Source: Cirrosporium novae-zelandiae (lineage: Eukaryota). Taken from it: DNA of 64,000 nucleotides. The position numbers and the translations under genes were made by a program. Location of the stretch: the NCBI GenBank assembly GCA_026023565.1, contig JAPETS010000009.1:434001-498000 (forward strand), written 5' to 3'. The notes beneath the pieces are model-generated. The model searched no databases, had not been told where the DNA came from, and saw nothing but the letters and a program-made list of their open reading frames with translations. Below are positions 37,820 to 51,777 of this stretch, one piece after another; position 1 is the first letter of the stretch, and each line of letters opens with the position of its first letter.

Positions 37820-39240
37820 ATGGCGTCCAAAGTAATGATTCCTTTCCTAGTCACCATGATGCTGGTGACTGGAGTCTGTAACACGCTTCTTACGAAATAC
37901 CAAGTACGTCACCAACCTCAGATCCAAGAATTTGTACTAATCAAGGGTCAATAGGATATGCAGTGTGTTCGAAACTGTCACTCTCCAGATCCAGAAAAGA
38001 GGGTCTTCTTTGAACAACCGGTTATTCAAACGTATGGAGTGCCTCCTTCCCTCCCTTAACATAATAGTCGACTCATTCGCATGATTTCAGTGTCCAAATG
38101 TTTATCGGGGAAACGGGCTGCTGGTTAGTTGTGGCTGGATTCGCTCTCTACAGACGCTTCGTTGCAGCACCAGCGCCTCTTTTCACCTACCACCCCGTAG
38201 CCGACGAAGAAGCCGACGAGGATGAAGAAGTCGATGAGCCTCGCCCCCGTCGCTCCTCCCAACAACTAGCGACTCCAGTTCTCAAGCCTGTCACTCCAAA
38301 TGATGATGAACGCTGCGAACTCCGCGGCTGGAAGATTGCTCTACTTGCCCTTCCAGCTTGCTGTGACATTGCAGGCACCACCCTCATGAACGTGGGCTTG
38401 CTCTTCGTCGCAGCTAGCATCTACCAAATGACACGCGGTGCCCTTGTTCTATTCGTTGGTATTTTCAGTGTTATCTTCCTCCGGCGCCACCTCCATCTCT
38501 ACAAATGGCTTGCCCTCCTGGTCGTAGTCACAGGTGTCGCAATAGTCGGCCTCGCCGGCGCAATCTTCCATGAAAAGAAAGTCGTTCCCACGAACCCCGA
38601 AGAAACTTTTCTCCTCCTCCAACAAACAACTCGACAAGTCGTCGCAGCCGCCGTAGCCCCCACGGCCGTGAAAATCGTAATCGGTGTCCTCCTCATCGCA
38701 GGTGCCCAAATCTTCACCGCTACACAGTTTGTCCTTGAGGAGTGGATCCTCGAGTCCTATGCGCTCCAGCCTCTCAAGGTTGTTAGCTGGGAAGGCACAT
38801 TCGGACTCCTTGTCACCATCATCGGAATGGTAATTTTACACTTCACTGTAGGCGTAACTCCCTCAGGCCGCTACGGCTATTTCGATGCAAGCGAAGGCCT
38901 CCACGAAATTACGCACATCCGCTCAATCGCCATCTCGAGCATTTTCATCATGATCTCCATCGGCGGGTTCAATTACTTCGGCCTGAGTGTCACGCGCTCC
39001 GTCTCTGCAACCAGCCGCTCCACAATCGATACGTGCCGAACCCTCTTCATCTGGATCGTATCCCTAGGCCTCGGATGGGAGACGTTCAAGTGGCTGCAAG
39101 TACTCGGTTTTGCACTACTCGTGTATGGCACATTTCTATTTAATGACATCGTACGTCCACCCTTCAAGGCCTGCCTGCCGAATCGTCGAGGTGATACACC
39201 CGAGGAATTGCTACCAGAGGAGCCGATTGAGCACTTGTAA
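37820..39240 (+). CDS. Nucleotide-sugar transporter / DMT superfamily protein (SLC35F6-like), 3 exons
   Basis: Exons 37820-37903, 37955-38031, 38091-39240. Motifs MLVTGVCNTLLTKYQD, FEQPVIQT, PACCDIAGTTLMNVGL, ASIYQMTRG, SATSRSTIDTCRT; about 10 TM helices. Confidence 0.9.
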
Positions 39241-40014
39241 GAATATATAGAGTATTTTTTTTATCAACCCCCACGGCGTTTAGTTGGCATTCTTTTTCTT
39301 TTTTTTTTCCTCTCTTTTTTAGAGAAAGGACTATGTGGTCGAGGTTTGCGAGAGTACTCCTCCATACAAGGCTTAAATACCTAGATGTTGGATTTTATAA
39401 ATGCAGGCGTTCAAGAGAGAATTCTTCGTTCTTAGGCTTTTTGGATTTCATCCCTCTTGCATTTCCTATTTTTTGTCTGCGTTTGTACGTGCAAACTTTT
39501 CGGCATCTGAAACCAAATAATGCCGATGTTAAAGAGTCCAATGCATTTGGAGTCGCATATTTCTCTCATTTACTTTTTGTGCTATTGTATTATCCATTTC
39601 CTGTCACGTGTAAAGTAGGTATCCATATTCATAGTGTGGATCACTACAACGGAGCGGATGATTTAAGGGTATAATATATAGTGATTACTCTTAAAAAGTC
39701 TAACAAACTCAATGAATATATTGATACAATATATTTAGACTTCGGTAAAGTAGTGCTATCTAAAATAATATACAACATCGTGGGTAACAGGTTGTTTCGT
39801 TCGAACAAGATCCCAGCAGAGCCACCGCATCCCAAACCAAACCAATGTCAAGAGTCAAAACCAAAAGCAGCAACTTTTCCTCCTAATTTATCCCTTATTC
39901 ACAACCCAGGCCGTTCATCCATCCAAATAGCCCCCCTCTCGTAAATCTTCCAGAGAACCCACCAGAATGATGGCTATTCGGTAGCAAAACACCTCCCCGC
40001 TTAATTTATCTAAC

Positions 40015-41347
40015 TCATCTCACCCTAAACATTTCATTCCCAGCCACCCACTCATTACTAACCAAACCCTCCACTCCCAATTCCATCATCTGAGGACTCT
40101 TCTCGTTCCCTGTCATTTCCACCCAGCTCCAGCGCGACCAATCAGGATCCCGCCAGGGATCCCTCTCATTCGGGTCGTTACCACCTATGGTACTCTTAGG
40201 AGACAGCTCATCGACATCCCGGTTTCCGGTCATAGAACCACCGGCCGCAGTTTGTCTCAACATGTCAAAGTCCTCATCGAGACCAACGTCCAACCATTCT
40301 GATGGAAGCCACGAATCACTAGAATCAGTAAAATCCGTCATATCAACGTCATTGGTAATTGGCTTTTGCTGTCCGTCACTAGCACCAGCGGGACTTTCCT
40401 GACTCGTCCCCTCATCACTCACTAAACCAATATTCTCAGGAGACGATTCGGCTGGGGAATGTCTTCCCGTGACAGTCCAATGTGTTTCGTCAATGAAACG
40501 ATGGAGAGCATCCAGAGAGATGATAGAGTCAGCCCAGGGATCAGGGGTAAAAGGAGTACCAGCGTCTTTAATATTGATATCCTTGACTCCGTTAGAGAGC
40601 TGCGTCCCTGGAGTTGCGGCAGTTTCTAACTTAATTTTCTGCGATGCTGGTTGCTTAGCTTTGGTTGATGCTGCACCCTTGGCTTGCTTAAACGGTGCTG
40701 CTACCTCGTCTACTTTTCCCTCTAGAGCCGGAGCCGTACTTGATTTTGGCTTGCCATCCTTACCAAGACCAAGATTGAGTCGAAGGTTTTCAATGGCGAA
40801 CGTCAACCCATCTTCTATGACAGGTTGGTGGGCTTGCTCCTTGTGCTTTCCCAGTTCGGCTTGACTCTTGAACCCATCTTTATGATGCGCACAATTAGAA
40901 ACTGGGCACTTAAAAACCATAGGCTCCTTAAGTTTTTCCTGGTGCTTTCGCATATCAGGTGAGGCGGAATTTGCAATATTCGGCGACGAAGAAAGGCGAG
41001 GTGTTCCTTGGATCTGTACAGGCGTAGAAGCAGCACTCTGATTCTGTTTCCGCCTCTTATTCGGCGGGAACTTGAGCTTGTCTGGCGTAAGCTCGTTGGC
41101 ATGTGGCCCATATGCTTGAGGAACTCCTGATGGTGAGGGGGCTCCGAGCTGGAAGGCTGGTTGAAGAGGTGCAGCGGCAGAATTGGAAACTGTATTTTGG
41201 TTTCGTTTACCGGCTTCTTTCTGTAAAGCTTGGTTGTGTTGATCCAGGTTCGCAGCATTGAGAGGAGGTCTAGCCTTTTGTTGCTGTTGTTGCTGTTGTT
41301 GCTGCTGTTGCTGTTGCTGCTGCTGTTGGTGCTGTTGGTGCTGCTGT

Positions 41348-41391
<44 letters not shown>

Positions 41392-41449
41392 TTGTTGCTG
41401 CTGTTGTTGCTGCTGCTGTTGTTGCTGCTGTTGTTGCTGCTGCTGTTGT

Positions 41450-41481
<32 letters not shown>

Positions 41482-44400
41482 TGATCTAACAAGGTGGATC
41501 ATTTGAATGGCTTTGTGTAACTTTCCAAGGTGCTCCTCTAGTTCAGCTGGCGTTATGCTGAACAAGGTCCCTCTATTACCTTGGCCGTCCCCATACTGTG
41601 CCATTATAATATTTCTCTAGTACAAATTAGTATGAACCAGTTTTAGATAGCGTAGATTCTTACCGCGGTTATGAGTTCTCGAGCTTGATTTTCGTCACCA
41701 GTTATTTGAAAAATAAACTGGATTACAGAAGATGCTTCCATGATCAGTTTCTTGCTCTCCTGGAGTCTTTTTGCTATCATTAGCCTCGCGTCATTGTGAA
41801 GATTAATCGCAGGTCTCTTGGGATGCTGTGCGACTTCCGCCGAAATCTGCCTTAGGCGCATCACCTGTGCACTCATTTGTTGGCTATTTGCTTGTTTGCC
41901 GTTCATCAAAGGTTGTCCATTTGATCCCATCTGTTTCTGCATTGAGGTGTTTATATGCGCCTGCTGCGGGGTAGCATTGGGATTCATCATAACTTGGCCT
42001 TGCGGCGTGAATGGAGGTTGGGGGCCATGATGTTGCTGCTGACTTGGGTTTGGTATCTCGACAACATCATCAGTATTAGGTCGTTTGGTACCCTTTTGCA
42101 ACTGGTTGGTTGTCTGCGAGTTATTGACCCCCTGGCTTGAGCCTTGGGCTCTGCTAAGTTCGACCGACTGATTTGGCCTTTGAATGTTTACCTGATGTTG
42201 TTGTGGTCCAGATTGTTGCTGCGGCATGCGTGTCCGATCTTGGTTCGTATGTTGAATTTGAGGTTGGGAGGCGAATTGAGAATTTTGAGGCATACCCTGG
42301 GGAGGTCTTTGAGCGTTACGCCGCATAAGCACATGTCTAATCTGGTCGTCGTTGAAGTCCGGCCTTGCTCCCCTTAGATTTTGTATCTCTTGGGCGGTGG
42401 GCTCATTCATTTTATGGAGTACCTGATTACTCTGTGCGCCCTGTGAAAATGTAGAGTCCGGTACGTGTCCAGGATCAGGAGGCATTAATTGAAGAGGTAC
42501 TTTGAGTTGATTGTGTTGATTTTGTCTTGTGGCGTGAACTGCACTTCGAAAATGTAATTGTTGCAAAGCTTCCAAGCGAGGGACTTGAGTTGGCCCCCTA
42601 GCCGACGTCCACTCCTTGAGTTGACCCCAGCTCCGAACATTTGCGGGTACCTGAGTGTTTGAGGCATTGAGCAAGGTGGGTGGATATGGTACCGTATCCA
42701 TCCATTTCAGTTGGTCCAGTGATAATGGTTGATTGACAGGGATGTTACGGGGTTGGGCCTGAGCATTCTGACGTCGCATAGCTTCCTCTTGCCGAAGTCG
42801 CTGGATAAGTAGTGTCTGTTCTTCGGCAGTCCTTGGAGCTGTTTGTCCTTGGAGAGATTGAGGTCGGGAGACAAATTGCATATTTTGGCTAGAGGAACGT
42901 TGAAGGCCTATTTGCTGACCTTGCTGGGAGAATATATGCATATGCTGCTGATCTGACATCTGATTTTGACGTTGCTGGTCTATGGCAGCTATATTAGGCA
43001 TAAATTTCGCTCGGAAAGCTGGATTGATATGCCACTGTTGGGCGAACTGTTTTTGCTTCTCACGGGGTACCTTGACCAGTTGCGACATAAGCTGCTGAGG
43101 AATATCAGGTACAGTAGGACGCATCCCCTGGGGTCCAAGGGTAGCAGACTGGGGGATTTGGTGCTGTTGGGCTGTTGTAGCTGCGGGTTGCCCTGGCATC
43201 TGCCGGCCCATTTGTGACATTCGAGACTGTGGCCTTGGCTGGGGGGTTCCTTGTTGTGGTTGTTGGACAGCTCCTACTGGTTGATTGAGAGTTGGCATCG
43301 CCGGACTCGGCTGAGTTGACATCTGGTTAATGCGCGACGAGTCATTCCCGGAACCCATACCTGGACGTTCAGCTTTAGCCTGTGCGTTTGCTCGGGCTTG
43401 GGCTTGAATCTGAGCCGCCTGCTGTGCTTTCAGTTGCTGTGCTTGCTGCGCGTTCAAGAACTGCTGTTGATTCTGAGCCGAGAGGGTTGGATTTTGCATA
43501 GGTCGAGAGACATTCTGTTGATTTGGATGTTGCTGCATCATCCCATGCATTCCCATCTGAGGGCTTATCTGCTGTCTGTTGCTTGCAGGAACGACGAGCT
43601 GACCAGCCTCTTGGGAACGGAGAGCATCCGCTTGCTGACCCAGGATGTGGTTCATATTTCCCATCATTTGACCATCGATACCTGGAGAGCCTGACATATT
43701 GAGACCAGAATGATCAGGGGCCATCATATTAGGCGCCACAGCTCTCTGCTGGGGAGGCATCATTCCGTTAGCAAATTGTTCGCCCATGGGCTTACCACCC
43801 ATGCTATGATTCTGCTGAGCGGCCATAATAACCCTCATCTTCATCACTCTGACATGTCTAGTAGCTTGAGACTTAAAAAAGTATGATAAGGGGCTCTCTC
43901 CACGTGCTTGTAGCTGCTGGCTCTGCTCGGCGGAGATTCTGGTTAAGTTTTGTTTAATTTGCTCCATATCTTCCATTGAACAAGTTTTCGCCATATGCTG
44001 CGCTACGGCATTGATTCGTTGTTGATCCTCAGAGGTCAAAGGAATGTTATTCTGGGTTATTGCCTGGGGGGTATGTTGCATATTAGCAGTTGGGAACTGC
44101 TGCTGTAAAGCTCCCTGGAAATTAGGTGCGGCAGTTCCCATATTCATTTGCTGTTGGGGCTGACTGCTATTAATTGACGTGGCTTGCATTTGATTCTGTA
44201 GGTGTGAAGGGAACGAGGCTGGGGGGTGCGTCTGGTTGAAATTCTGTCCTGGTGGTGCACCACCTTGCATCATTGCTTGTTGCATAGGGTTCATTTGCAT
44301 TTGGGCATTTCTCATTTGGTTCTGCGCCATCGCCATTTGAGCCCGCCTGCTATTTTGTATTTGGGTCAGCTTGAGTTCGATCTGTTTATCGTATTCCTCC

Positions 44401-44826
44401 TATTATGTGTTAGTAAAAGATCTAAATACAGAAGGAGGCTCGTTTACTTTACTAGGAGTAGTTGTAAATGCCTGAGTCTCAAATCTAAGAGAAGAGGCTA
44501 TCAATGCTTGATTATTGTTCGGATCAGACTTTAGCATTCGCAGGGACGTGATCCTACAAGTAATCCGTTAGTTAACCACTCACATGAAGACTGAATAAGA
44601 TGGTCTTAAAAAAACAAAAAAAAAAGTGTAGAGATAGTATTTACAATTGTTGAACTTGTTGTAACCGATACTGTATAGGTATCATAGCCTGCCAACCAGT
44701 TGTTGGCTGTGAGCTGCGAAGCGTTGCCATAACTGAATTTATAAACGTTCCTCCATGTTGCTGCGCTTGAGGGACTCCGCCAGGAAGTCCCATGGGCGCT
44801 GTATTCTGGTAATTTGCAGGATTCAT
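40015..44826 (-). CDS. MED15: Mediator tail subunit Med15/Gal11-like coactivator, 4 exons
   Basis: Exons 44826-44645, 44553-44448, 44399-41664, 41616-40015. N-terminal KIX-like segment (GWQAMIPIQYRLQQVQQLITSLRML..FETQAF..EEYDKQI), Q/M-rich middle, polyQ, and a CxxxxC..HxxxxH finger. Confidence 0.8.
41278..41481 (-). repeat. CAG/CAA trinucleotide tract encoding 68 codons of polyQ (2 His interruptions)
   Basis: 204-nt (ctg/ttg)n run on the + strand within MED15 exon 4. Confidence 0.97.
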
Positions 44827-46327
44827 ATCTCTAACAAAATTAAGTATATCGCCAGGTTCTCCAGCTCACCATACAAAGGTTGTGTCAACGAATATAATAT
44901 GAGGGAAAGGGTGGAAATATGATAAAACTCGGGCGAGTGACAACTTGCTCAGCAGCGATGGGTAGTGAATATTGAGCAAGTGTCGAATACCGTGAAGAAT
45001 CACGAGGATCGAGGAAGGAGGAGGGAGCGACGAGGACTTCGCATTCTGGGAGGAAGCCTATTATGGGATCGGTTTGGGCGTTAAAGGCAAAGAAAGAAGG
45101 CAAAGAAGTGAGGCAACACAAGGCGAAGGTCAGGCAGGCGAGTAGGCGAGCAGGGCAGATCGCAAGAGTACACAGGATGAATAATGTGTAGAATGCCTGA
45201 GTACCGTTTGTAGTCCTGTTTGTAGTACCGTTTCGTTTGTAAGGTCTCCCTTGGTAAGAGAGGGGGTTTGGGGAATGGTATGAGAGATTCACAAAGAATA
45301 TATTTCGATTAGATGGCAATTTTTTTCTTTCGGAGTTAAAGAGTCTGGGTTAGACTAAGTAGAGCAATTAATATGTTATGGGGGGGGAGGTATTTGAAGG
45401 TTCAAGGAAAGATGGATGGGAGTTGGGGTTGGGGTGCTGGGTGCTGGGTGCTGGGTGCTGGTTACTGGGTAACTAGGTTTACTTGGGTTACTTACAGTAC
45501 TGGAGGTTCTGATGATGAGGGCGGTAAAGCAACGGGAGGCACAAGGGTCTAGGAGAGACTAAAAACCAAAGTAAGCTTTACCGCAGGTCTCACTCGTGGG
45601 TGGAATTCCTTTCCTTTTCTATAACAACTTATTAGCCACCAAGCAGAGTCATAGGCTCATAGCTAACCAGTCGACATAATCTGAATTTTAAATTTCTAAT
45701 TTTCTAATTTTCTAATTTTTCATCTCTGATTTTTGATTTCCATTTCATGTAATTACCCAATAAGGGAGAGGGAGAGAGAGGGAGAGAGAGAGAACGTGTC
45801 AAAGAGAAGAAAAAATGGGTAAGAATATTAGTTGTTCTACCACCAAGTAATTAATATATATACCTTAAATATATATGGATAGTTATTATTGAATAGATCA
45901 AGTAGTCTATATATTTAATTATTTACTACGTGTAGAAGAATGAGGGGAACAGAGGGGACCAGGGAATTATAAATAAGCTTAAAAACGTGATGAAAGAAGC
46001 CATTAACTAATTAACTAATTACTGTAAGGGTTTATTAGGTACGTACACTCCCCCCTCTCCCCCAATCTTCCCACCGAAAATGTTGCTACACCTAACCATA
46101 GTAATATACTTACATATGCGGCCCCTTCCCTCCCATCATCCTTTAGCCTCTACATTTTAATACACTTTACTTGCAACCCTATACTGACTCTCTTGTGTCT
46201 CCAGGTTTCCGGGCCTCCCAGTCACTCCGCAATCTACAATCTATTTCAATGTCTTTCTTTCCCGATCATCATCATTCTCCTACATTCTTCCCAATGGTGA
46301 TGCAACATTAATTTCATAACAGCTACA

Positions 46328-48571
46328 ATGGAATACATATATTCGGCCCCATCCTCCTCCTCGATTGGGTCCGACATCTTCGCCCTCCTCGCCCTCCTTT
46401 GCATCTGCGGCCTTGTTCTCCTGGTGATTCGATATTTTCTACCCCTCCGCACGACGCCCGCCTTTTTGCTTGTTCCTGTCTTTCTTGCCCTTGCCCTTCC
46501 AACAAGCGTCGTACTCCTAGTACCTATTGATCTGTCGTCAAGTTCAGGGTCAAAGGGGATATGGCTGCCCGAAAGGGCGCGCTTTGTTGCCTGGAGGATA
46601 ACGTACTGGTTAACCTTTGCGCTGACTTGGTGAGTTGGGGCCATCTGCTTATACCTCGCTTTCTAGATTTAGACTAACAACAGTTTCAGGGCTATTCTTC
46701 CTCTCCTTGGCGAATACCTCGATTCTGGTTACAGGACACCTAAGGATCGTCTCTTATATTCCCTACGCCAGAACGGACGTTACCAGTTGATCGTGCTCAC
46801 ATGTGCTGTCACCGGTCTCACGTACGTCCTTATTCAAAATGGCTTTCATACAGCGTCTGTTAAATCGCTAGTCATGGCGCTGTCATATTGTTGGGGTCTT
46901 GTCCTCGCCATATATTTAATGGGTCACGGTCTGGTGGCGATACCTCGAAGACTGCTTCGCAACTCAAGTGTTAGCCGACGGCTCAAGCGCATACAAGCTC
47001 ACGCCCCCCGCCTTCACGATAAATTGATGGACAGTATCGCCGAACTTGATGAGCTAGAAGCACAAGTTGAGCAGTTGAATCGACGAAAACATAACATCCC
47101 TATTGAATATGAAGAATGGATCGAGGAGCTCGCCGAAACACCTGCCTTCTCCCTTGAATCCCACACCACTGTTAATGCTCCTCCTCGTCAATCGACTATA
47201 AACCTTCCTCCAGTCATTACAGAACGCTACCTCGCAGATCTTACCCGCTCCCTCAAGCGGGCCCGACACAAACGCCTCCGCTTCGTCGATGCTTGGGATC
47301 GGTTGATCCGGGAAGCCGCTGATACTCAAGCTATACTCGATGCCTCGTCCTCACAGCATCTCGACTTCGACCGCTCCTCACCGCATAGCTCTTACTTCTC
47401 GCGCCTCACAATTCTAACCCCATATCTCCGCTACCAGCTTCACGCGCGGGTTATCCCTTTTATGCAAATATCACTGGCCTGCATCTGCTCGATTGCGTCG
47501 GTCTTGATCGTCTGGTCTGAACTTGTGAAGTTTGTGGCTCCACAACTCTCTGTCATCAGTTTATCAATCATCTACCATACAAACACAGACAAAGTCAAAG
47601 GGATCAATATATGGGGTCAGCTCATGGCATCCATCTGGCTCTTCTACATGTGCTTCGCCGCGCTGGCTAGCATTAAGGACGCCAAAGTATGGGGCAACCG
47701 GGCTCTCGTGCGACGGAGAACGTATGCCGAATCCGCGTGCTGGTACTCGGGGCAATTAGCCAAACTCACCGTCCCCCTGTCTTATAACTTCTTAACATTC
47801 CTGCCGCCAAGCCTTCACCGAGAAACCTCATTCTACCTATTCATGGGCCAATTTATCAACCTCACCCCCCTAGGAAAGGGCTTTGACTACTTCTTTCCAA
47901 TTTTCATTCTAGTGCCCGTATGCGCTACATTATTCAATCTCTACGGCCGCATCAGACGGGTCTTCGGCTTCGGCGTGTTGGAGGAAGATGATGCCGAAAA
48001 CGAAGAGGAAGTCGGATTAGGTGGCTACGGGACAGGCGGATGGAGGGAAGGAAAGCTTCTAATTGAGCGAGAGCTTCACGGACACGGATCTGCGAGCCTT
48101 AATCTTGAAAGCAGTGGCGAACCATACAGTGTTTCACATGCCACCACTCGCCCCCACAACCCATTACAAGCCTCACGCGGCCCGCACGTCCCGAATTCCA
48201 ACCGTTACGCATCAGAACCTTCTATACGCGTGCCTTCCGCTAGACCTGCCTACATGGCAACTCCATCTGAACGCCTGTCTCAAGCTCGCCAAGCCTATCC
48301 ACCTCGATCAGCCAGAGCCGCGCCCAATGTTGATGACGACGACAACGACAACTCGGACGACGAAGGTTTCTTTGGGGGTTTTGCACATCGGGTACGGAAT
48401 ACCTTTGAGGCGGCGAATACGCCGAGATGGATGAAAGAGGGGGTCAAAAAACCGAAATGGATGGGAGGTGATGGTGGAGATGGTGATAGCAGTAGTAGAA
48501 GAGTGGGGAATGATGCCGGTGGCATTTCAAGATGGTTTGGTGGCGGCGGCGATGGGAGATTAAGGATTTAA
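46328..48571 (+). CDS. LMBR1-domain multi-pass membrane protein (LMBRD2-like), 2 exons
   Basis: Exons 46328-46629 and 46690-48571. Motifs WRITYWLTFALTWAILPLLGEY.DSGY, LMGHGLVAIPR, KLTVPLSYNFL. Confidence 0.9.
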
Positions 48572-49622
48572 GATATAATAATGATTTTATTTAATATCCA
48601 AGCTGGATGGTTGGCTTGGGTTCAGGTTGTCTCACCAAGGCGCAAATACTAGTTGACTTGTGCTCTGGTTCCTCATTGTCATATTAGAACACTATTGTTT
48701 CCCTCTTTACGCTCATTTTCTTCTTAGCGGCATGGAATATCCCACATCTACATTGTGAATAATTAATGCTATGTATGATCTGTTCATTTTACTGGAACTC
48801 GAGGAGATTATTGATCAACCATGACAAAAATAACTTTTTTCTCGGAGTAAATAAGAATATTTCAAAACTACCCCTTCCATACTCTCTGATCTATCAATAC
48901 AGAACAGAAGCATACGTCGTTGCCTTGTGTATGTCGGGGGATTGCATCAACTTCCGAAGATTGAATGACAAAAGAAATCCGGATTGCTTCCTTTTCTTTT
49001 TCCTTTCAACCTTCCAAGACGAATTGCAACAGTGCTGCAAGCCGTTGCATGTTGTAAGTTCGTTCATGACCTGAACATGGGCGACGTTCAGGAGAAAGTC
49101 CGGTTGGCGTATCGTAAATGTTAAGGGGGTGGGCGTGATGTAATAAGGAGGCGCAGCCAAGGGAGGAACACGGAAGAAGATTGTTGAATGATTTGGGAGG
49201 GGGCGCAAGAAGAGAGGGTAGATATTTTAGTATAAGTAGCGGATCGACGGAATGCGGAACGGGAGCGAAAGTTGGTTGTTGGATAGGATGGAATGGGATA
49301 GGATAGGCTAATTAAGGGGGGGCTAATGAATCAAGCTGGTACTGACGACTCTGTTCTGTGCGCAAAGGCAAAAACAGGGAGTCGTACATTCGTCATATAG
49401 CTGCTCAAACCGCATATTCCCCCAATTAAACAGTAGAAGCGTTGCCCAAGTAATGAGATAACCCGAGGGCTAGCGAGCTTGATGAACGCCATGCGAAGTC
49501 ACAGAATAGCTGTATTGGAGGCAAAAGTGTCGAGGGATTTCTCCAGCGCAATTGCTTCGAGAAGAGAAGGAGACGCGTCTATGTCCTCGCAGTGTCGGCG
49601 CGACAATCCAAGTCCATGTTAT

Positions 49623-50837
49623 CTAGTCCAGGGCGGCTTGCTGGTTTCGTCGGGTCTTTTCGGCCTCTAGGTTTTCATAGAGAAGATAAAGGGCCTTCTC
49701 GTTTGCCGCAGCACTCCCCATGATAGTAAACATGCGCTCTCCAGATTCATCATGTGGGGCTTTGGCAATTGAGATTCTGGCTCCAGAATTCTTTCTGATC
49801 TCGCTGATCTTGCTGCCACCACGACCAATGATGCAGCCAACCATGTCAGAGGGAATACTAATGTTCTGTGTCTGAATTTCTTCACCATCTTCTGTCGTCA
49901 GTGGAATGCCACCGCGATTTCCTGCATCAGAATTTGACCTGCGACCGTAGTAGCCACCAGCAGGGTGGTCACTGAAATCAGCGCCGTTGCCAGTGCGGTT
50001 ATAAGAACGGTTACCCCCATAGCTTGATCCGCCAATAGGATTACCCATTCCACCAACTTGAGCTCGAACGGCGGGGTTGTAAAGTACAGTGCCAGTCCCT
50101 CGCTGCCAATCATCTACTAAACATTTTCCAATTTCCCAGGTAGCTTTTTGGATGCCTTCAGGGGTGCCTTGCACCTCCACGATACGTTCAGTAGATTGAG
50201 GGAGCATTTCTTTTTGAGCAACCATGCGGACACCCGAAACATCTTGGATGTGTTTGATTTTTAGGCCTTGCCTTCCAATAATAGTTCCCATTTGGTTATG
50301 AGAGATTAGAAGGCGGACCGCTAAAGTAATATGCCAAGTCAGCAAATTATTTTGTCAGGCTTCAAATGATTGCTGATAAGGATACAGAAAAACAAAATTG
50401 GAATATACAGCTAAAGGAGACTTACGATGAGTTCCATTCGCGGTCAAGACCCCACCCATGCCCATTTGAGGAGCACCTTCCAGGAGACCTTTAGCAACCA
50501 TTGCGTAGGCCTTGGAAATGCCTTCTAAGTGTCCAGTCACCGTCAAAACACGATCGTGAACACCTGGCACTACTTTGCTAACGCCGGCCTTAACACCAGT
50601 CTCCTCTCGGAGATTAGCGACATTTTGACCTGCTTTACCGATGATAACACCTGCTTCCTTGGATGATACAATGGCTCGGAGAGTCAATTGAGCTTGAGCG
50701 TAATCTTCTTCTGTTCTTGGAGCCTGCTCTCCTTCAGCTCCTTCGTCATTCAATGACATATGGCCAACAGCTTCGTTAAGCTGGGCGGGGTCCTCTGCAA
50801 ACTGGGCGTGGGTCTCTTGGCCTTCGTTAGATGCCAT
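49623..50837 (-). CDS. Three-KH-domain RNA-binding protein (Hek2/Khd1/Rnc1, PCBP-like), 2 exons
   Basis: Exons 50837-50426 and 50321-49623; three IIG-xx-G loops (IIGKAG, IIGRQG, IIGRGG). Confidence 0.93.
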
Positions 50838-51777
50838 TTTTGCTGTAGTTGAGAGATAAGTAGTTTGTAGGAGAACGGGAAGGGTGATAGCTAGACCGAA
50901 TGTCTATTAAAGACAAGCGACGAGAAATCTAGGGGTTGGAGGACAGGCGGAATGATGGTTCCAAGGTAAGTGAAATGAGAGGTGGGGGGAGTAATGAACA
51001 ATACTCGAGAGGATTGGGAATTATGAGAATGCGAAGAGGTGGCGGGGAGTAGAAGGGTTGATGTTGGCGATAGCGATGACGGAGTGTTTGAGACTTCCTT
51101 AGATGATGGTAGGTAGTATCGGAAGGAGGGTTCAAGATGGCTGATCTAGGAGAGGGCGATGGGGTTGAAGGCCATGCAGGTTTGTGAGGGTTGGAAGGTT
51201 GATGAGAAAAGAGGATTTGTGATGAGCAGAGGTAGGCAGGGAGCACTCTGAATACCACAATTACTACCACTGGTACTGACTGTCTTCCCGAATTTTTGCG
51301 ACCCTTCGCAATTGGAAAGTTGCCTGTGCAATGTGTGTGTGTGCATAAGTGTTTTCACTGTTTTTCATTAACCAGCCTCCAGCAAACATCTGATCGTCCA
51401 ATGCACCGACGATTTCAAACCTTCTATTTCCCTCATCTTCCTTCACCTTCCCTCTTTTTTCTTATACATACACCCCCCGAAAACTGTATGTGACGGTATA
51501 GGAAAGATAGATTAAACGGGTTAAAATCATTCAAAATCTATGCAAAGTCTTTTTTAGCGAGATGCAAAGCATGCAAAGCACACTCCCCCCACACAACCTA
51601 CTCCAAAGTTAACACTCTACGTTAATAACTCAACACCCACATTTTAAACATCCGTCAAAGAGTCCAGGCCATGTCCATTTCCTACCAAAGTACCGTAACC
51701 CTAATTCCTAATTCCTTCCCACAAATTTATATAACTACATCTCACATCCACCATGGCCCACCGTCCAAAACTACATT

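Noticed and set aside
41230..41506. Poly-Leu, poly-Cys and poly-Ser/Asn ORFs
   Set aside because: Alternative-frame and antisense readings of the MED15 CAG/CAA tract.
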